This document shows positions 55,606 through 64,000 of a DNA stretch of 64,000 nucleotides, in pieces (the stretch's first letter is position 1; each line of letters starts with the position of its first letter). The DNA is from Botryllus schlosseri (lineage: Eukaryota). The stretch spans positions 7,440,001-7,504,000 of the forward strand of contig CM119383.1 of the NCBI GenBank assembly GCA_051294905.1, written 5' to 3'. The notes beneath the pieces were generated by a model. The model did not search any database. It saw only the letters and a list, made by a program, of their open reading frames with translations, and was not told the DNA's origin. A program made the position numbers and the translations under genes.

Positions 55606-56639
55606 TTTATTCATCATCGCAGAATAAAGTGGGTGTTAACTAATTTGAATTTGATAAAGAGTTCCTATAATCATATTCAAGACACCCCATAGCATGCGGG
55701 CATACTACAAATCTTACTTCCTTGCTCGCTTACATGCAATAATTGAATACTAGTAGGTCTATCCCATAAACGTCAAAGATTTCAATATAACTACAACACA
55801 GCTTACTTCTTCATTATTCGAAGATGGTGATGATGAAGATGAAGGCGAATAAACCGCAGTTCTGCGGACTACTCTAGAGCTGCTTCTGGTGATTGTTTGC
55901 AGCTTTTTTGCTTGCCTATCTTGCCGATTTTTTTCCGAATTCGCAACAGACGACAAGATGGATAGCATATCAGAGTCCGCATTATAAAGTTCTCCAGATA
56001 AATTCTGAGTAATATCTGCAAAACGATCTTCACCGTGGGAGCTGGTTTGCGGAGCCATTCCAGATGAAGGACTGCAATTGATTAAGCATATCCCAGCAGA
56101 TTTCAGCCCTTTCATAGATGATGGCAAATGACGTTTTGGTAGAGCACCAAGCCTCAAATCTTTCCTTCTGTTCTTTGTGACGATGTCATCTTCGTCAAAA
56201 TGCACATCGCAAATGCTTGCACTGAAAAATATTTGCATGAAATCAGTTTAAAAAAGCAGGGATGTTACCTTAATTCAGAAAAAAAAACTATCCACAACTT
56301 CTTTACTGTAATTCGAACTACTGAATCTATACATACAAAGTAAATGTCTCAACGATTTCAAACGAAATTGGTTTCAGTGATCTTCAATTTCATATTGTGT
56401 AAACGTACAACTCAATTCTGATGTTACCTTTCTTTATGAAGTTGGTGCATGATACTGTCATAATGGTGTTTTTCATCTTGCAACGACAAAATAAAACTCC
56501 GCAACGACTCCCTATGCGTTTTCTCTTGGTCGCTCTTCGCAAATTCAGGTCGCATTATCCTAAAGAAAGACCGGTTGGTACAGGACTTTTTGGCCTTGGA
56601 AAAAGTCCAGGAGCACCCCGGAATGCAGCAGTTACTCAT
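51829..56639 (-). CDS. THAP zinc finger-BRMS1L fusion, 9 coding exons, ~522 aa, intact frame
   Basis: Exons 56639-56428, 56221-55807, 54863-54751, 54690-54570, 53886-53800, 53746-53470, 53304-53200, 53144-53024, 51946-51829; phases consistent and no internal stop. N-terminus CCIPGC...FFRI.RP...ICDVHF...LRLGALPKRHLP (THAP), then BRMS1/Sds3 coiled coils, VTVSGPYIVY.L.EDDI.DDW, and the BRMS1L C-terminal domain. Confidence 0.8.
52011..52270 (+). mobile_element. tRNA-derived SINE in the last intron of the fusion gene
   Basis: B box gggttcgagtcc; body shared with 19795-20050. Confidence 0.7.
53305..53469 (-). other. U12-type AT-AC intron (165 bp)
   Basis: 5' ATATCCTTT, branch-like CCCTTGAC, 3' AC; splicing restores VTVS-G-PYIVY. 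Confidence 0.9.
55571..55602. repeat. (GA)n microsatellite, probably a minus-strand retroelement tail
   Basis: Minus strand reads gatgaataaaaatt(ct)n. Confidence 0.7.
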
Positions 56640-56939
56640 GTTCTATAGAACTATCCCTGTTCATAATGGAATATGCGATCAAATATTGCATGACAGACTC
56701 GCGATTAGCGAGACGAGAGACATATCGCGCCACATCCGAAAGTGGCCGCAGTCCCGCATAGTATAATGCTGCGAGCTGCGAATGAAGATTCGATCGCAAT
56801 ATCAACACATTAAGTCAAGCGTGAGCAACGTCATTCTCGCTACTGTCCACTAGAAATGCGCGAGACCTGGATTTTTCAATAACTTCAAGTTCAAGCAATG
56901 ATATATTTATATCATTGGTTCAAGTTTATTCATAAAATA

Positions 56940-57330
56940 TTATCATTTCAAAACATCACAAGACTGCGATACAATGAAATATAGGAAGGTGCCAAAACGA
57001 CTAGAAGTAGTCTTTGAGATCAGACACCCACCTGGTCCTATAGGCAATGTAAATAGGAGGCATGCACATATACACTGAATGAATGTAAAAGAAGATAATA
57101 TAAAATGATAAGCGACAAAATCAGGTGGCTTGTGACGGAAGGCGAGATCGATATGTCAGGTCGTGATCCGGTAAATGTTGAGGGCTGACTAGTATTCATT
57201 CAGAAGAAATTACTTGTATTTCGACTTGAATGTGAACTGGACATGCTCGTCGACTGTCGGATAGTCGATGAGATACTGTTCCTCACTCCAGGTCTGGCCA
57301 ATGATATATAGCCGAAAGTATTCGGGTTCA
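56940..57330 (-). mobile_element. LINE 3' fragment between the two BRMS1L paralogs
   Basis: Homologous to 43670-44000 (ccgacagtcgacgagcatgtcc...cacattcaagtcgaaatacaag). Confidence 0.7.
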
Positions 57331-58350
57331 TCTCAATATGAATATACTATCCGATTGCATAGTGAAGCCGGGGCCTAAGATATTCAGTAATAAGTATCGT
57401 AGGCCCCGGTTTAGCTCTGTATCTCCATGAAGCTCTTCAAATATATCATTGGGCGCACCATAGCAATTTACAGCGTAGCTACGATGTTAATGGCTATGGG
57501 TGCACACTGCACATCCCAGGTTTTCGGAAAATCAATTGGATACAAGCGCGATATTTTTCAAGTACTTGATCCCATGATTCGAAATTTCAAATTTATGCAC
57601 GTTTACGACGTTTTTCAAGTAAACAATCTTAGCACCTGCACTGTATTTTGCACCCTTGACCTTTTTATTACAGTTTAAATTTTTTAGAGTAATGTAAGGC
57701 TCTTCAACCTCTGGACCACCAGTTGTTTGAGCATGGAAATTTACAGCTCATCTGATGTATCCTAAAATTACTTTCAACTTTTCAAAATCAAAATAAGTGT
57801 AAAAAGTAAGTTGTTTTGATGTTTAAATAGCAGTAGAAGTAGTATGCAGTGAAGACATAGCCAGTTCAGTAATTTGTGGGAGTAGGAAAACCAGGGATAT
57901 ATATCCCTGAGGAAAAACTACCTGACTACGTCGAAAAAGTAGTAGTACTTCGTTCTGACTGTCTCTGCTTCACGTTGCTGGGTCCCTAAGACAGTCTGCT
58001 TTCATTTTAAGACCATGATTTGAGTTGTTGCGTATAGAAATATCTCGCGTCAATTTGTATAGGCCGAAAACCAGCTAGTTTAGATTAGGTGGCGAAAGTC
58101 TTCTTGAAGATGCAGTTAACCTGAAAACTAGAACTGAACCGGAACATGCGCAATTTATCCAATTTCTACACCGTACCAATACTTTCTAGAAGTACCCTGT
58201 TTCTATCACTGAGCTATTATTTTCTCGATTTTCGTCTGTTATTTTATGTCACATTTTGGTTATTGAGTGAAGAATAAACATTACTAATAAGTGGTGGCGC
58301 AGGTATAAACGTATTTTTCTTTTCAAGCTCGCATCTAATTCACCTTGAAA

Positions 58351-61300
58351 ATGGAGTGTAGTGAAAAAATGGAGGAATCTCCGAAAGAACAGGACGCCGC
58401 GGGGTTAAACTCTAGCGGGTCTTCATCTGGAATAGTTCCACAAACCGGCAACCACGGCGAAGTTAGCATGGAAGATCGCTTTGCAAATATTGCTCATAAT
58501 CTATCTGGAGAGCTTTACAATGCGGAAAATGATATGTTATCGCTTTTATCGTCTGTTGCTAACTCCGAACAAAAGCGCCAAGATAGGCAAGCTAAAAAGC
58601 TACAGGAAATGAACAGCAACAGCAATAGGTCCCGGGTTGTTCGTGGAAGTACTGTTTCTTCGCCTTCATCTTCATCATCGTCATCATCAAGTAACGAGGA
58701 GGTGAGTGTCTTCTACATGAATGTTGCTTATATCCATATTATGTTGCTGTTGAAAAGTAGGAGATTACCATTTATTGCTAATCGTGTGTGGAAGACATCG
58801 TATAGTTTATAGGGTTCGGCGTTCGGCCCATGTGATGATGACAGCCTACATATTGTAAGGAAGTTTGAGTGCAACCATTAGCCTGACTATTGTGACTGTT
58901 AATTTATAATGTTGAGGACAATTCTGCAACCTGTATAATTATTATACATTATGGAACTGGTGTAGGTAGGCCTACTTCTGTCCTGTGCATGAGAAATGTA
59001 TCTGCCGACTGCACGCACTCACTGGTCACAAGCATTGTCAGTTCTGTCATAGAAAACATCTTGCTAAAATTTTCATGATAGTAAACTTGCTACATGATCA
59101 GTCTGCACCTTGTTGCAATTGGATTAAATGCTGAATAGCGGAAACTGCAAAGACTAAATCACAATAGTGAAAAATTGTGATTCTTAAAGCGCCGAAACAG
59201 CAGAAAATGTGGATATTTATAGCAGATCAACTCTTAAATTCGTAAACAGTAGAATGTCTTGTACTTATATCACCGGAATGATCTTGTAATGAAAACAACA
59301 GAATATTTACATGAAATGAAAATATGAATTAGCACAAAGTGGAGCATGGATGAAGACGTGTGATTTCGATCAGTCATTTTCAGCCTAATCAGTGTTGAAC
59401 TTGCATGACTTACTTTTCCGTGTTTCGCTAAAGTGTATTTTTGTTTAACGCTCATCCTCGGCTAATTTCATATCAAGGCCGCTGTTTCACCAAAATATTG
59501 CTAAATAATTTCCGCCTTATTCCCACAAGTTTTCATTCCCGTGTTTCAGAGTTGCTCTGCGCTATGCTGTAAAGATCAACCGCTATTTCATTGTTTTAGG
59601 AATCAAACTTTTTACTGTTTTCGCGCTCATTTTCCATATTTCTGATTTCGCAATTCCTGGAAAAATTGTCTGTAATTAGCCTATTCAACACTAGCCTACT
59701 GCGACGAACAGGTTCAGACCAATTGTGGTGTGATGTTTGTTGCTATCATGTTCAATCCTGTTGTGTATTGTACTGAATGCAGGACGAAGATTCTGACGCG
59801 GAAAGTTCAGAACTAGACGAAGAAGACTGCAACAGAATAAGATCACAATGCTTGGATGAAATGTCAACCATCGAAAAACAATTTACAGACATCAGAGATC
59901 AGTAAGCTTTATTGAAGGTCCATCGCCTTTTATGCTTCGATTAATTTGAAAATTCGTTTCTCTGAAGGCTTTACAAAGAGCGACACAGTCAGATCACATG
60001 CAAGCTAAAAGAAGTCGAGTCTGAAAGTGCTTCAGAATACCTAAATCCATTCAATGTGTTGAAGCAGGGCAAAGAAACCAGGATAGAGGTTGGTCTTGAT
60101 CATAATTCGTTCAAATATATAGTTATGTGTGAACCTTATAAGTAATCTCTGATTGGGAAAATCTTGAAATTGTAATTAAAGCTGGGAAAATCCAGTACCA
60201 GTATACGAGTGAATCTATTCCAAGTCAAGTGTCATATATTATTATGTCACAACAGTAACTATAACTTAAGTGGTTTGAATATATGCCGTTTTTGTCCACA
60301 TTAAAATTAATGCCGGCTATTGCCTATTAGTTGCTAATAATGCCATGACGACTTTTTCAATCCATGCGGCATTACTTGAACTGAATAGTACATGATAGTT
60401 ATAGCGTTGGGCATGCATACAACCTGCCTGTTTGTCAATGGACTATGACGTATAAGGTTGTGTGCTACATAAGCCCCAGTTCAGCCCCAATTTGGTACAA
60501 TGTTCACTTTCCATCAAATTGAGACATTACCATTTACGGCGAATCATGGACATCGAGTCGAGGAAATTAGTGACCGATTGGTCACTTTTCGATGTGTCGG
60601 GTAGATTCGGAATGCTTTGCGAAGGAAAATCATTTTGATTACTTGAAAATATTACCCCAGGTAACGAGTGATTCCATATTTCTCATACAGCGAATCAAGT
60701 CAAAGTGGTGTCCTAGAGATTAATACAGCAATCAATGAATTTATCAGGTGTGCGAGAGACTGCGAGAGCTGAGAAAAAACTCGATCAGATGCATGTACCA
60801 GTCGCAAACGCAAGCCAACACTCAACATTTTGAGGTGAGACCAACTTGACCGAGCGTATTCGAATTCTTTCAATATTTCACATTCGCTGCAGAATGAGAA
60901 GAGCATAATGGCAGACGGTATCCGAGCGGAGATACTGGAAAGAATCAAAATTCTGGAGGAGGACCGTGACAACGTGGACTTCTCGACTGAACTCTGGACC
61001 GACACGGCGTTGGCGAACGCACAAAAGTCACGCTCAATGCACGGAGGACCAGTTGCCAAGTCGGGACTGAAGGGTCATGGAAAGAAATCGAAAAAAGAAC
61101 GTCAGTTCAACTTTGGCTTCACAAATGGCAATGGGAACAAGAGGAAGAGAAAGCCGGTGACAGTGTCGGATATCCTTTTACAATCCAAACACGCAACTTA
61201 CTATCTATGCTACATATTTTATTACTCAATTGTGATCCAACAAGAGTTGGTCAGTAACAACATAGGCTTACTTCTACTTTACCGGAGTACTAAAGTAGGT

Positions 61301-62204
61301 TTTCCCACTTCTACTTCAACAGTTTCTCTCACTTTTATGAGTTAAATTGTCATAAGAATTGCACGAGATACTCCGTGTTACTAGAACTTAATATATTTTC
61401 GAAGATTCTACCTATATGTTGTGCCAATTACTTGTTTTGCATTAGGCGTGAAGATATATCTTACAATTTAGAAAGTAGCTGCCACCGATTAACTGCTAAC
61501 AATACGCCGCCCCTCGACCAAATGTACCTTTGAAACTACCGCATCTGAATTCAACCCTGACTTCGTAACATTAATGATGACATCATCCTTAACTCCGCTG
61601 TACGCCCGTATATAGTCTACATGTTGAGAGAGGACGACATAGTCGACGATTGGACCGTGATCAAGAGAGCTTTGACGGCGAGCAAGCGAAGAAAATCTGG
61701 ACACCGAGGTACGGGGCTTCTATTTCTCCCATGATTTCAGTCGAGTTCAATCTCGCGCTCTCTATAGACCATTTCTCAAAATTGAAGCACACCTGCAGCA
61801 TCAACGACCACAAATTGACGTACAACGGAAGAGTCTTCCAAAGAGGACAAACCATCACGATGAAAGGGAAGGAGATGAGCAACACACAGTGAGTTAAGTG
61901 TTTTTCCACTTCTGCATGGAATAGGTTCATTTCAATATGAATATACAAACATACTATTCAATTGTATATTGAACAGAAGACGATTATTGTGCAAATAAGA
62001 TTTCATTTAAAGTACCATCACATATTAATTGCATGATAGCCTTCTTACTAATGGATACTTAATTCCAACACGCGTCTTCTTTCCAGCGCAACAATTACTT
62101 CAATTGGTTCCAACGACATCACAGTTCGGCAGAGCAACAGTACTCTAGTGAAAATAAGCACACACCAGCTTTTGAAGGGACGGTATTTGATACGACCACG
62201 GTGA
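58351..62204 (+). CDS. BRMS1L: BRMS1-like Sin3/HDAC subunit, 8 coding exons, ~432 aa
   Basis: Exons 58351-58701, 59783-59901, 59968-60088, 60748-60834, 60893-61169, 61604-61708, 61768-61888, 62087-62204. Motifs [70 protein letters not shown]. Confidence 0.92.
61170..61603 (+). other. U12-type AT-AC intron (434 bp)
   Basis: 5' ATATCCTTT, consensus branch TCCTTAAC at 61586-61593, 3' AC. Confidence 0.93.
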
Positions 62205-63590
62205 ACCTGACCGCTGCTTGCGAGCTTGGAATACCGTTTTCAATTTTGTGATATATTTTTTAATACAATCATATCTCTAACTTGTCCCAGTGGTTCTTTC
62301 GATTATCTTCAGTCTGTGTTCCAAGACCACCATAGTCGCTAGCCAGTTTTCATTGTGTGAGTATAGCAATGGAGCAGTATCAATCGACACTAGGAAGCTC
62401 AGTGATCACTTTACAGATCCTATCTAGCTTGCTGAACCCAGTGTTCAGGAAGCGATAAAATAGTGCGAAAAATTGCATAGCGGTGCAGCTTCATACTGTT
62501 CGACCGATGAATATTGACTTTGGATATTTCTTTTGAAGTTCAGGCCATTGCACGAAAATCTTGTCTGCCCAGCGATATAACAAACGTCCAGACAATGACA
62601 TGGTCTTTACTCTGCATATACTCTCCACAAATACTATCTGGGCTTTTCCTAGTCCGAAGTACTAAAATGGAAATGGAAGTTCAGAGTCTCAGACGAGTGT
62701 GACTTAACAGAATTCACCCAAACCTTGAATAGAAGTCCTACAAGACACAGAGGAATGCATGTACCAGGTCCAGTGCACAGAATTAGATCTGGCGATGTGT
62801 TCCATATGATAGGAAATGCGTGGATGATTGCTATCAGTGTGGTGTAGGCACTGCTCAGCCATGGTTGAGCAACTTCTCTGCTTCTGAAATTAGTATTGAC
62901 CAGTTAAAAACTCTTCGCAGATTGAGAAAAACAGGAAGGTACCATACCTAGGAATAGTATTAATATAGAAATCTTTTCCTTCAACATTTTTGCGCTCGTC
63001 TTCATGCTGCATGATCTTCGTTCTGCTCATTGTATCACTGCTAGCAAAGACATAGTGTACAGGAGTATACTGCTTCGAAAGGGATTTCAGAAGTCGCAGA
63101 AGCTCAGTTGTATGGCCGCCTGAAAATATAGTAATTACTCAGTTCAGTTTATTACTATGATTTCATCATTTCAAAACACCACAAGACTGCAATACAATGA
63201 AGAGATCGGAAGGTATCGAAGCAATCATATTTACCGACCTGACCCAGCTATTGCAAGTACAGATACCCGAATGGAAGGAGTTGGTTTCTTTCCAATACGC
63301 GTTGCGATCCAAATTAGCCGACAAATTGCGATGGCGAATATCGCTATGACAGTTCCTACGCACGTCATATCCAAAATTTGGAAGAAGGAACCGTTCGTTC
63401 TCTTAATAGTTTATTTCTTGGCGCGCCTTCACGTATTTAACACTACTTCAGCCTGCCTGATGCTGAAATTTGCTATCTTCTTTTCATAAGGATTGAGCTG
63501 TCAGCCATTTCCATCAGTATGCAATGAAGCGTAAAGACATCAACAACTCAACGAAACCCGTTGATGCGTAGCATGCAGCCCGGTGATCAG

Positions 63591-64000
63591 CAGTGATGAG
63601 CATCGGAGCGGAGTCGGAGTGGATTCGGAGCGGAGTTTGGCCGATTTTGTAACAGTCGGAGCGGAGTCGGAGTTTACTACAGATATTTTTTTGGAGAATT
63701 TCGGAGGATTGTAACTTTTGTCTCCGATATATTTGGATAGCTCTGACCAGAATACACTATTGATTATGATTACAAACCAAAACACAGACAGTTGACACCT
63801 TGTAAAGTTGTAAAATCATAGCCTTTATAAAGGCTATGGTAAAATGACGGGTAACATGCAAAAATGATTGCCAAGTGCATAAAAATCAGCCATCTGCACT
63901 GCAATTGGGGACTGGAGAGTAAACAATACTATGAGGCCAACCATATTATCACATGTACCATGTTGTACCATGTGTACCATGTACCATGCTTGTCACTGTT
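63591..64000. mobile_element. hAT MITE with ctccga repeats (copy 2, inverted, cut by the window end)
   Basis: TIR cagtgatgagc; colinear reverse complement of 23090-23429. Confidence 0.85.
63817..63838. mobile_element. Perfect 22-bp palindrome with 7-bp TSD
   Basis: catagcctttataaaggctatg flanked by GTAAAAT at 63810-63816 and 63839-63845; absent from the paralogous site 23226-23232. Confidence 0.8.

Noticed and set aside
61709-61740. 32-nt intron using the acceptor at 61740 in BRMS1L
   Set aside because: Shorter than any other intron here, and the paralog has GG at that position. The acceptor at 61767 is conserved in both copies.

Overview
Eukaryotic (animal) genomic DNA, not prokaryotic: a compact invertebrate locus with short spliceosomal introns and a working minor (U12) spliceosome. 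A tunicate or other invertebrate deuterostome is my guess; the sequence does not establish it. Genes: a CYP16/CYP26-like P450 (+), MED8 (+), a 15-exon HRD1/SYVN1 (-), CREBZF-like bZIP (-), SREBP (+), SERCA (+), and two head-to-head BRMS1L paralogs. SERCA, SREBP, MED8 and the P450 have uninterrupted coding sequences. Intergenic and intronic DNA is dense with hAT, MULE and Harbinger-type MITEs (many with intact TSDs, several nested), tRNA-SINEs, L2/Crack-like LINE 3' ends, a Gypsy remnant and a scrambled THAP/Kolobok-like transposase. Best candidates for novelty: (1) the minus-strand BRMS1L paralog has its native start replaced by a spliced, in-frame THAP zinc finger, giving an intact ~522-aa THAP-BRMS1L chimera that could target Sin3/HDAC to specific DNA; (2) four 22-36 bp palindromes, each flanked by a 7-bp GT-initial duplication and one with its empty site in the window, which look like P-superfamily excision footprints or minimal elements. 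All models were built by hand; no database search was run.
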